Source: Pyrodictium abyssi (GTDB taxonomy: Archaea; Thermoproteota; Thermoprotei_A; Sulfolobales; Pyrodictiaceae). From it: a stretch of 32,000 nucleotides of DNA. The stretch covers positions 1,770,001-1,802,000 of the forward strand of contig NZ_AP028907.1 of assembly GCF_036323395.1 (NCBI RefSeq), in the 5' to 3' direction. Positions 20,762 to 28,365 of the stretch are shown here, piece after piece (the stretch's first letter is position 1; each line of letters opens with the position of its first letter). The notes under the pieces were generated by a model, which saw nothing but the letters and a program-made list of their open reading frames with translations, was not told the origin of the DNA and ran no database searches. The translations under genes and the position numbers were made by a program.

Positions 20762-21067
20762 GTGGGCCCCGTGGCCGAGGAGAGACGGGCAAGGGTAATC
20801 GAGTACGACCCGGAGGCCGACGTGCTAACAGTGAACCTCCGGCCCGGCAGGAGGATAGCCGAGGATAGGCTACTCGACAACGATGTGGTGGTATCGGTGG
20901 ACGAGAAGGGCGAGCCAGTGCAGGTGCAGGTGCTCGACGCCAGCAAGCGGGGCCTCGTCGAGGCGCTCCTAGAGCTCCACCAGGCCCGGAAAGCCCTACT
21001 CCAGCTCCTCACAGGGCGGAGCACCGCCGGCCCCGCCGAGAGACAGCAGGCCCCCGAGAGCCCGTAG
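20762..21067 (+). CDS. DUF2283-family small protein, no adjacent toxin
   Basis: RVIEYDPEADVLTVNLRPGRRIAEDRLLDNDVVVSVDEKGEPVQVQVLDAS. Confidence 0.72.
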   Translation: MGPVAEERRARVIEYDPEADVLTVNLRPGRRIAEDRLLDNDVVVSVDEKGEPVQVQVLDASKRGLVEALLELHQARKALLQLLTGRSTAGPAERQQAPESP

Positions 21068-21130
21068 CCCCGCCGCCCCGGCGGCTACAGCTCCCGTGCC
21101 CTGAGGGCCGTAGCTGCCAGCGCAGCCTAC

Positions 21131-21316
21131 TCAACCCTCTCAGCGTACTTTTCGGGCACCTCAGCAATACCCTTGGATATGCCGGCCCCCTGGACTCGAG
21201 TAGCTTTCCTACAGCGCCTCTGGGTACGCGAAGCCTCACAACACCGCTAGCCACGAGCCCTCTACCACACGGTGCTGGTCGCCCCGGACTGGGCCCTGCA
21301 CGCCGAAGAGTAGAGG
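21131..21316 (-). pseudogene. Chimeric relic: degenerate copy of antitoxin 14065..14229 (minus sense) abutting an ATP-grasp 3' end (plus sense)
   Basis: 21131.. closely matches 14104..14246; 21286..21305 GACTGGGCCCTGCACGCCGA matches GACTGGGCCCTACACGCCGA before the ATP-grasp stop near 13147-13166. Confidence 0.8.
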
Positions 21317-21508
21317 ACCCGGCGGCCCCGCCGGCGTGCCCTGCCCCGGGGGCGGGGTTTGGCGTGTAGTAGGCCCGGCCAACAGGGACCCCCGGGGACG
21401 GGTACGGGGGAAGCGGAGCAGGGCTGGGAAAGGAGCGTGTAGCTCGGCGACTCTGCTCATACTGGAGGGCGTGGCGGCGATACTGGTATAGCAGCCCGCT
21501 GGGGCGTA

Positions 21509-21781
21509 TTGATGGGTGAGCGTGGGAGGGAGCGGGTGCTGGCTCTCTGGAGGGGTCTTCCGTTGGCTGGGGAGGCCGTGGTTGAGGCGGTCTACGAGAG
21601 GGGTGTGCTACGGCTCCTTCGGCCCCTGGACTTGCCGGATGGGGCGCGTGTCGTTGTGAGGATAGTGGAGGCGGGTAGGCCGCCGCGTGGCCTGCTGGAG
21701 GTCCTCGACGAGATTGCGCGGGAGTACCGGGGCCGGGCGCGGGAGGATCCTCTCGAGGCGTTCCTCAGGGAGAGAAGATGA
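21509..21781 (+). CDS. DUF104/AF2212-like antitoxin
   Basis: AVVEAVYERGVLRLLRPLDLPDGARVVVRIVEA; ATGA overlap with the PIN gene; real start probably internal. Confidence 0.85.
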   Translation: MMGERGRERVLALWRGLPLAGEAVVEAVYERGVLRLLRPLDLPDGARVVVRIVEAGRPPRGLLEVLDEIAREYRGRAREDPLEAFLRERR

Positions 21782-22245
21782 TAGTGCTGGATACGTCTAT
21801 CCTAGTGGACGCCGTTATACCGTTTGACGAGCACCGGCGGAGCATAGTTAGGAGGGTGCTCCGGGCGGTAGAGGAGGCCGGGGCGGTTGTCTACGAGCCC
21901 CGTCTCGTCCTGGTAGAGCTGGCGGGCGTCCTGGCCCGGTACCAGCCGCCGGATAAGGTGCGTAGCCATGTTGAGAGGATAGCAGAGAAGCTGGTGATAA
22001 TAGACTACGGCGTACTGCATGATACGGCTTACCGGGTGGCCCTGGAAACGGGGTGTAGGGCTGCAGACGCGTTCTTCATAGCGGCCGCGCTGCACACGGG
22101 CTCGCTTCTAGCCACAAACGACAGGATCCAGGCGGCAAACGCGGCTAGAATGGGTGTCGAGGCCTACTATGTGCTGCAGCAGCACCAGCAGCTCATAGAG
22201 CGGTTAAGGGATGCCAAAGAACCCCTAGACACAATGGATCAGTAA
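21778..22245 (+). CDS. vapC: PIN-domain toxin (VapC-like)
   Basis: MIVLDTSILVDAVIPF, VLVELAGVLARY, GCRAADAFFIAAALHTGSLLATNDR. Confidence 0.9.
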   Translation: MIVLDTSILVDAVIPFDEHRRSIVRRVLRAVEEAGAVVYEPRLVLVELAGVLARYQPPDKVRSHVERIAEKLVIIDYGVLHDTAYRVALETGCRAADAFFIAAALHTGSLLATNDRIQAANAARMGVEAYYVLQQHQQLIERLRDAKEPLDTMDQ

Positions 22246-22513
22246 AATGGGGGAAGAGACTGGATTAGTTAGGCAACTGCTAGCCGGCCGACTACGTGGA
22301 GCCAGGGCCCCAACGTCTTCGATGGCTAGAGGTGCCAGCCAGGCCGATAGGGACCCCGGGGACGGGTACGGGGGAAGCGGAGCCGGGCTGGCCCCCGGGG
22401 GCGTAGCTAGCTATCCGGGGATGGTCTTGCTGCTCCTCTTCCCCTGTCTACCCCCTCTCTGGCTGCTGGCGCGCGTGTGGGGTTTGGTCTCGGGGGTGGG
22501 GCCTCCCCTGGGG

Positions 22514-22936
22514 CTACTCTTGTACGATTTTTATGCCTGGTAGGTTTTTGAAGTGTTTGTCGAAGGTGTAGACCTCTTCTACGCCGTGTTCCATCATCTT
22601 GATGTAGGCTAGGGCGTCGTTTAGGCTGACCGTGTAGCGGCTTGCTGTGGCTAGCGCCTTCTCGTAGTCCTCCTCCGTGACGCCTGCCACCCTTATATTC
22701 TCTAGCGAGAGTATCCGTGCCGCTACTCTGAGGCTTGTCTGGAGGCCTAGCCTCGCCTCCACGATGTTTGCTATCTCGGCTACGTGGATGACGGTTGTCA
22801 GCACCTCTTCGGAGCCCGCGTCTATGCGCTCTATTATGCTCTTGGCCCGCTCCTTTACCTGGGCTTCTCGCTGGCTTAGCCTTCTCCTCGGGGCGAGGTA
22901 GGCGTGGAGGAAAACGCTCGAGTCGAGGAACCTCAC
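22514..22936 (-). CDS. vapC: PIN-domain toxin (VapC-like)
   Basis: MRFLDSSVFLHAYL, VAEIANIVEARLG, SLNDALAYIKMMEHGVEEVYTFDKHFKNLPG. Confidence 0.9.
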   Translation of the reverse strand: MRFLDSSVFLHAYLAPRRRLSQREAQVKERAKSIIERIDAGSEEVLTTVIHVAEIANIVEARLGLQTSLRVAARILSLENIRVAGVTEEDYEKALATASRYTVSLNDALAYIKMMEHGVEEVYTFDKHFKNLPGIKIVQE

Positions 22937-23172
22937 TACCGCTGCCCCTCCCTGGCTAGGGCTCTGCGCAGCTCGTGGGTGTCGGTGAAGTCCTCCACAT
23001 CGTCCACGACTATGGAGTCGAAGAGGCTTGTAAGGCTGACCGGTTCTACGGGCCGGAGCACTATCCTATCCTCCTCGGCCTCCACAATGAATAGCCTTGT
23101 CTTCAGCTTTCTCCGGATACCAGCGGGTATCAGTATCCTTCCCTGCTTATCCATCCTAGCCAGGAGACCCAT
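22936..23172 (-). CDS. AbrB/SpoVT-type antitoxin
   Basis: MGLLARMDKQGRILIPAGIRRKLKTRLFIVEAEEDRIVLRPV; adjacent to the PIN gene. Confidence 0.87.
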   Translation of the reverse strand: MGLLARMDKQGRILIPAGIRRKLKTRLFIVEAEEDRIVLRPVEPVSLTSLFDSIVVDDVEDFTDTHELRRALAREGQR

Positions 23173-23756
23173 ACCCCCACCAGCCCTATAGAAGCGCTAC
23201 CACCGGCTTAATAGTGCTTCCAGGCTCTCGGTGCTATACCGGCTCCTGGAAGCCCTCCAGGACCACCGTGACCCGGCACTACAGTGCTCCATGCGGGGGC
23301 TGAACCCCTGGAGGGGCAGGAGGAACACCCCTAGTACTACCACCCAGCAACGCCACATACAAGCATGCAAAGAACACATCTCCACCGGGCCTGCACGGCT
23401 ACCAGGCCACCTGCACACTACAGCCCTAAAGGCCACCAAGGCCTGCTGCGCAGCAGGCCTTGGCGGCTGGAGGCTGCGCCTAGGTGCACAGCCGGAACCG
23501 CAAGAGAGATTTAAGGCGCTCCTCTCCGCGGGCTCCTTGGCCGCTGTAAGAGGATCTAGCTAGCCGGGGAGGGGGAGAAGGGCTGGAAGAGGCAGGGGCT
23601 CCGGGGGACCCGGGGCTGCGGCTGCCGGGGCTGGGTGGTGCTTGGACGCGGGTTCTAGAGCCTTGCGGCGCGCATCGAGCTGCTTTTTGATGCCGCTGTT
23701 TGGTGGTAAGTGTGGCTAGCGCCGGGTCCGGCCTCCTGTCTCTCTGGGACTGCTCT

Positions 23757-23936
23757 CGGGTCCTCCGCTACCCCGGGCACCCTGTGCTCGCTGCGGCGTA
23801 GCCCGGGGCGTGTCCGGGTGGTGTGAGCCCTGGGTATCCGGAGTGTTGCAGCCCTGGTTTGCGTGTGCGACGCTTTCTACCGGGTGCCCCGCGCCGGCGA
23901 CCCCGGCTTCATCGACGCTGTGCTGGAGATCGCGGG
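23757..23936 (+). pseudogene. Degenerate copy of the 5' part of the ATP-grasp gene (12101..12282)
   Basis: Shared stretch TGCGACGCTTTCTACCGGGTGCCCCGCGCCGGCGACCCCGGCTTC..CGACGCTGTGCTGGAGATCGCGGG; contains in-frame disruption after GTCCGGGTGGTG. Confidence 0.88.
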
Positions 23937-23977
23937 TGTCGGTGTCACGTGTCGGCTCCTGGGCTACTCGGCTGCTC

Positions 23978-24397
23978 CTACGCGCCCTGTAGCTCTTTTA
24001 GCAGCTGCTCGACGCTGATGGACTCGGGGAATCTCTGTAGGTCGCTGTCCTCTGTGACTAGCTTCATCCGGTGTGCCCGCGCCGCGTATAGGTAGGATGC
24101 GTCGTAGAACGTGAGGCTCTCGCTCGTGGCGAGCTCTGCTATCTCGGGCAGCCTGTCCCGGAGGCTTATCACCTGCATGCCGCCGAGGACCTCCTGGAAG
24201 AGCCTGGCCACCACCAGGAGGTCCCTGATCCTGCCTCTCCGGTGCTCCTTCCAGATGACGTTCCCGACCTCGTAGACTGTCAGGTCTAGGGCTGCGAAGA
24301 GATGGGTGTAGGCTAGCAGGGTTTCCCGGAGCCGGAGTACTAGCGGGTATAGGGCCGAGGCGTCGAGGAGATACCTGCCCGCCACAGCCGCGGCTAC
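23978..24397 (-). CDS. vapC: PIN-domain toxin (VapC-like)
   Basis: GRYLLDASALYPLVLRL, LTVYEVGNVIWKEHRR, SLTFYDASYLYAARAHRMKLVTEDSDL; ORF opens at 24433 but the start is likely internal. Confidence 0.88.
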   Translation of the reverse strand, partial: VAAAVAGRYLLDASALYPLVLRLRETLLAYTHLFAALDLTVYEVGNVIWKEHRRGRIRDLLVVARLFQEVLGGMQVISLRDRLPEIAELATSESLTFYDASYLYAARAHRMKLVTEDSDLQRFPESISVEQLLKELQGA

Positions 24398-24618
24398 CTC
24401 TCCTTCCTCGTCTCCCGGACCGCCTGCACCCACTCCTCCACCGTGAGGTCCATGGCGTCTAGCGCCTCGTCTATGAGCCTCCGGAGCCGGTGCATCCGGG
24501 CCCGCCGGATCTCCTCCTCCAGCGCCTTCTCCACGACAGCCCGGAGGTCTATGCCCAGCCTCTCAGCTTCCTCCTTGAGCTCGCGCCGGACCCGGACAGA
24601 TAGGACAACCGTAGACAC
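24394..24618 (-). CDS. vapB: Ribbon-helix-helix (CopG-type) VapB antitoxin
   Basis: MSTVVLSVRVRRELKEEAERLGIDLRAVVEKALEEEI. Confidence 0.85.
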   Translation of the reverse strand: MSTVVLSVRVRRELKEEAERLGIDLRAVVEKALEEEIRRARMHRLRRLIDEALDAMDLTVEEWVQAVRETRKER

Positions 24619-24821
24619 TCCGCGCCTCCCCCGGCACCGTAGACGCGGCCACCGTATATAAGCAGCGTGTACACTATAGCCACCCCAGGCAAGCAGAAGG
24701 GGACTAAGCAGGCAAAGGAGCCGTACACGCTCCCTAGTATCCCCCGGTGCGCCGCCATGCAGGCCCCGGGCCCCGGAGCCCTGTGAACGCCGCCGTAGCA
24801 GCGGTGGTCCTGGCCCCCGGG

Positions 24822-24990
24822 CTTGCCGGATGGGGCGCGTGTCGTTGTGAGGATAGTGGAGGCGGGTAGGCCGCCGCGTGGCCTGCTGGAGGTCCTCGAC
24901 GAGATCGCGCAGGGGTACCGGGGCCGGGCGCGGGAGGGATCCTCTCGAGGCGTTCCTCAGGGAGAGAAGATGATAGTGCTGGGATGGATT
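24822..24990 (+). pseudogene. Near-identical truncated copy of the vapB-vapC junction at 21631..21797
   Basis: Shared CTTGCCGGATGGGGCGCGTGTCGTTGTGAGGATAGTGGAGGCGGGTAGGCCGCCGCGTGGCCTGCTGGAGGTCCTCGACGAGAT, continuing through GAGAGAAGATGATAGTGCTG. Confidence 0.93.
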
Positions 24991-25132
24991 GTCTCTATGC
25001 CCGCTGGGCGCTGAGAGATGGCGGAGAACGTGGAGAAGCTCTTAGCCGAGATAAGGGGAGCATCTGTGGCCAGGCGGGGCGGGCAGAGCATCGCATAGCG
25101 ATGGCTCCTCATGCTCCTACCGGATAACATAG

Positions 25133-25586
25133 CTAGCGCGTATGCGGGCCGTGGCCTCCCATGGAGGCTGGTTCTAGGGCGTCCACGGTGGCGGTTTTCA
25201 CGCCAGCTCTGCTGGCTTTTTCTCTCAGCTCTCTGTCCTGGGTGACCAGGGTTAGGCCGTGCTTCCGGGCCATGTACGCGTAGGCGGCGTCGTAGAATGT
25301 TAGCCCGGTTTCTAGTGCTAGCCTGGCTACGCCCTGGTAGTCGCCGGTGCCTCTCACGCTGAGTACATGCATCGAGCTGAGTATGGCTACTAGCTTCTCG
25401 GCCTTCTCTAGGGCCTCCTCCACGCCCGTGTCTCCGAGCAGGCGTGCCTCCTTCCAGACGACGCTGCCGAGCCCGGTGGTACGCGAGGTCGAGTGTGTAG
25501 GATTCACGCAGGACCGGGACCACCGCGTCGCCGTATCTGCGTAGGGCGACCGCTATAGCGCTGGAGTCCAGCAGGTAGCCGGCCAC
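25133..25586 (-). pseudogene. PIN-domain toxin split by a one-base insertion near 25480
   Basis: GYLLDSSAIAVALRRYGDAVVPVLRESYTLDLAY in one frame and TGLGSVVWKEARLLGD...LETGLTFYDAAYAYMARKHGLTLVTQDREL in the other. Confidence 0.83.
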
Positions 25587-25824
25587 GGGGCACCCGCCGT
25601 GCTCTCCTCTGCTCCTTCACCAGCCTGGCTATCTCGTCCTCTGGGAGCCTGCTGAAGAACTCCTGTAGCTCCCGGGCAGCGGCCCGTAGCTCCTCCTCCC
25701 TCTTCTCCAGCTCCTCTTCGAGGGCTCGGCGCAGAACCTCGCCGACGTCTATATTGTACCTCTTCAGCTCCTCGTAGAGCTCTCTCCTAACCCTGGCGGA
25801 GACAGTGACGTAGCCACTAGTCAA
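25504..25824 (-). CDS. Ribbon-helix-helix VapB-like antitoxin with an unusually long C-terminal overlap into the PIN gene
   Basis: MTSGYVTVSARVRRELYEELKRYNIDVGEVLRRALEEELEKREEELRAAARELQ; last about 27 codons overlap the PIN start. Confidence 0.8.
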   Translation of the reverse strand: MTSGYVTVSARVRRELYEELKRYNIDVGEVLRRALEEELEKREEELRAAARELQEFFSRLPEDEIARLVKEQRRARRVPRGRLPAGLQRYSGRPTQIRRRGGPGPA

Positions 25825-26113
25825 GCAGGCCCCACCCTAAGGTACCACTAGACCCCTACCAGGCACTAATAAGGACAAGCGCAGCAGAGGAACCCACCGC
25901 CTCCATGGATACGACATCTCCAACAGGCTCCCGCTTCTCGGGCCCCTGGGTCCTTAGGCCTGCCGGAGGGGCTCGCATCGTTCTGAAAATATCTCGTGGC
26001 TGGTGCGCTGCTCTATCCCCGCCGGGGCCCTCTATCCCGGAGAGCCGCCCTCCGAGGAGTATCCAGGACAAGTCTTATACGCGGCAGGGGCGTATGTGCG
26101 TGTTGGTGTGTGC

Positions 26114-26404
26114 ATGTCGGTGAACATTACTGTCCGTATACCGCGTAGGCTCGCAGAGGAGATGAAGAAGCACCGGGAGATAAACTGGAGCGAGGTAGTG
26201 AGACGCAGCATCGAGGAGTACCTCCGGCGCCTAGACGAGGCTAGGCGCCTCGAGACGCCCGGCGAGCTGCTCGAGGAGCTACGCAGGCTAGGCGTAGGCC
26301 CAGAGGACCTCGAGCCCCTACCACCCGGCGCCGAGGAGGAGTACTACGGGAGGATGGTGGCCGAGGAGTGGAGGAGGGTAAGATCTACGACACAAGCGCA
26401 GTGA
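26114..26404 (+). CDS. vapB: Ribbon-helix-helix VapB antitoxin
   Basis: MSVNITVRIPRRLAEEMKKHREINWSEVVRRSIEEYLRRL; ORF opens at 26003 but ATG 26114 is likely. Confidence 0.87.
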   Translation: MSVNITVRIPRRLAEEMKKHREINWSEVVRRSIEEYLRRLDEARRLETPGELLEELRRLGVGPEDLEPLPPGAEEEYYGRMVAEEWRRVRSTTQAQ

Positions 26405-26709
26405 TAGAGCTGGTGGCGCGGAGACGGGCCCCGCTAGTACCAGGCTACATATCCGTGCTGACAGCGGTAGAGTACCCGCCGGCCGTGCCCCGCGTACTAG
26501 GGATACTGTACCCCACGAAGCAGGACTACCGGCTCGCAGTAGCATGGCAGGCCAAGCTCCGCAGGCTCGGCGCGCCGATGCCGGCAGTAGACCTCGTCAT
26601 AGCCGCCCAGGCGTACAACAACGGCATGGAGCTAGTAGCGCTCGATAAGCACTTCCAGCTCCTAAAGGAGAAGATAGCGCCAGACCTCAAGCTGGTAGAG
26701 GAGCTATAG
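26368..26709 (+). CDS. vapC: PIN-domain toxin (VapC-like)
   Basis: GKIYDTSAVIELVARR, YISVLTAVEYPPA, MPAVDLVIAAQAYNNGMELVALDKHFQLLKE. Confidence 0.88.
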   Translation: MEEGKIYDTSAVIELVARRRAPLVPGYISVLTAVEYPPAVPRVLGILYPTKQDYRLAVAWQAKLRRLGAPMPAVDLVIAAQAYNNGMELVALDKHFQLLKEKIAPDLKLVEEL

Positions 26710-26779
26710 CAGCATGCTGCAGCACACAGCGCCCCTGGGGGACCCACGCCCCGCTGTACCCCCGGGGGGCCAGAGGCTT

Positions 26780-27364
26780 CTACGGGCCCAGGACGCGTCT
26801 AAGCGCCTCTAGGAGCCGGGGCTCCTCGGCGCTGTTCTCTAGGTGTAGGAACCTGACTCCAAGCCTGCTGCACGCCTCGGCGTAGGCGGGGTTGTCGTCT
26901 ACGAGTAGCAGCTCGCCCGGCGGGGCCCCGGTCCCGGCTAGTATCATGCGCAGCATCTCCTCCTTGCTGGGGTGGTCGTCGCGGGTGACTAGGCCGCGGA
27001 AGTAGCCCAGCAGGCCGTGCCTCCGTAGGAACGGCTCCACGACGGCCCGGGGCTGGAGGGTCGCCAGGTACACCTCTAGGCCGTGGCCGCGGGCTAGCTG
27101 GAGCGCTGGCTCCACGTCGGGGAAGGGGGCCGCCCTCTCCGCGGCTTCGCGCTCGAAGCGCTCGAGCACACGGCTGGCGAGAGCGTACTCCCCGGTGCCC
27201 CATAGGCTGGCCAGGAGCCGGGTCAGGCTAGCCACGGGGCGCCCGAGGACCCGGGACACCTCCCGGCGGGCCCGCTGCCAGTCCACCGGCAGCCTCGTGA
27301 CCACCCCATCGAAGTCGAGTACCAGGACCGAGACCCTACCCCGGCGGCTGCTCATCCCCCTCAT
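26780..27364 (-). CDS. HAD-superfamily hydrolase
   Basis: VLVLDFDGVVTRLPVDW (motif I), GLEVYLATLQPR (motif II), SKEEMLRMILAGTGAPPGELLLVDDNPAYAEAC (motifs III/IV). Confidence 0.88.
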   Translation of the reverse strand: MRGMSSRRGRVSVLVLDFDGVVTRLPVDWQRARREVSRVLGRPVASLTRLLASLWGTGEYALASRVLERFEREAAERAAPFPDVEPALQLARGHGLEVYLATLQPRAVVEPFLRRHGLLGYFRGLVTRDDHPSKEEMLRMILAGTGAPPGELLLVDDNPAYAEACSRLGVRFLHLENSAEEPRLLEALRRVLGP

Positions 27365-27437
27365 CCTGCCGGGGAGCAGCGATGACCACCTACTTCCGGC
27401 TTACGGTCCCAGCGGGGCGCTGCAAGCCCCCGGGGGG

Positions 27438-27899
27438 CTAGCCGTGTTTCCTGACGAACTCCTCCTCGTGGATTATGCTGGTTGTGTCTTCTCCCACCGC
27501 TTCTAGGAAGTCTAGGAGCCTCATGTCTCTCGTCAGGAAGCTTAGCCTCCGTGTCTTCGACGTCGTGTAGAGGAGGAGGTCTATAAGGTCTTTGAACCCT
27601 TTCCTGCGCAGTTCTAGCGCCTTCAGGTACCCTGCTGCCGTGGGCTGGGTTGCCCTAAACGCCTCCCTGATAGACTTTAGCCCAAGCATCACCCTTCTCC
27701 TGTCATAGTCTATTCTCGAGAGCTTGCCCATTATCTCGAATACGTTGAACTGTGTGTAGTAGATCTCGGCTCTCCCTAGCCTGTATAGCTTCTCTAGCAC
27801 GGTTAGTGCCTCCTCCACCCCCTCTACATCGACCCCCACTACCGGCAGCAGGTACGTCGTGTCTAGTAGTATTCTAATCCTGTTCTCCGAGGAGTTCAC
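27438..27899 (-). CDS. vapC: PIN-domain toxin (VapC-like)
   Basis: RILLDTTYLLPVVGVDVEG, YYTQFNVFEIMGKL, FKDLIDLLLYTTSKTRRLSFLTRDMRLLDFL. Confidence 0.83.
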   Translation of the reverse strand: MNSSENRIRILLDTTYLLPVVGVDVEGVEEALTVLEKLYRLGRAEIYYTQFNVFEIMGKLSRIDYDRRRVMLGLKSIREAFRATQPTAAGYLKALELRRKGFKDLIDLLLYTTSKTRRLSFLTRDMRLLDFLEAVGEDTTSIIHEEEFVRKHG

Positions 27900-28128
27900 C
27901 CTGCATCTCCTCTGACTCCTTCTCGAACTCCTCGAAGCTTGTCTTGGCGAACTTAGGGTACCTCAGCGCCAGCTCGAAGGGGTCGGGCACTACCTCTATG
28001 ACCACCTTGTTGTCCTTTACTCTCAGCTTTACAACAGTACCCTCCTTTATGCCGACGGCCTCAGCTATACTCTTGGGTATGTAGAGCATGTTCTTCCGGC
28101 CTACACGGGTCCTAGCAACCAGGCCCAA
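27874..28128 (-). CDS. AbrB/SpoVT-type antitoxin
   Basis: VGRKNMLYIPKSIAEAVGIKEGTVVKLRVKDNKVVIEVVPDPF; overlaps the PIN gene. Confidence 0.87.
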   Translation of the reverse strand: MGLVARTRVGRKNMLYIPKSIAEAVGIKEGTVVKLRVKDNKVVIEVVPDPFELALRYPKFAKTSFEEFEKESEEMQGELLGEQD

Positions 28129-28365
28129 GCACGCCCGCCAGGATGATACACATACTCCTAGACGGTAAAAACACTCCCAGACAAAGGGGCCTCGTCCAGG
28201 CCCGAAAAGAGCCGGCTGGCCTGGGGAGAGACAGCCGGGTCCGAGTACTCCGCGGGGCCATAGGGACCGGGAGAGGGCAAGCCGCCGGGAGGAACGGCTA
28301 TGCTGTATGTGGTAGGCTCCTCGGTCTACGCTAGCATGCTACAAGCGGAAGGGATGACTGGTCTA

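Noticed and set aside
20476-21024. 182-aa minus-strand ORF opposite the DUF2283 gene
   Set aside because: Ser/Arg-rich shadow ORF without recognisable motifs.
17053-24820. Recurrent GCCCCCGGGG palindromes in intergenic regions
   Set aside because: Short and expected at high frequency in very GC-rich DNA; no consistent spacing or array, so no CRISPR or regulatory claim is made.
24957-25586. 209-aa minus-strand ORF taken as one protein
   Set aside because: Only the first about 35 residues (GYLLDSSAIAVAL...) are PIN-like; the rest is low-complexity out-of-frame translation after a frameshift.
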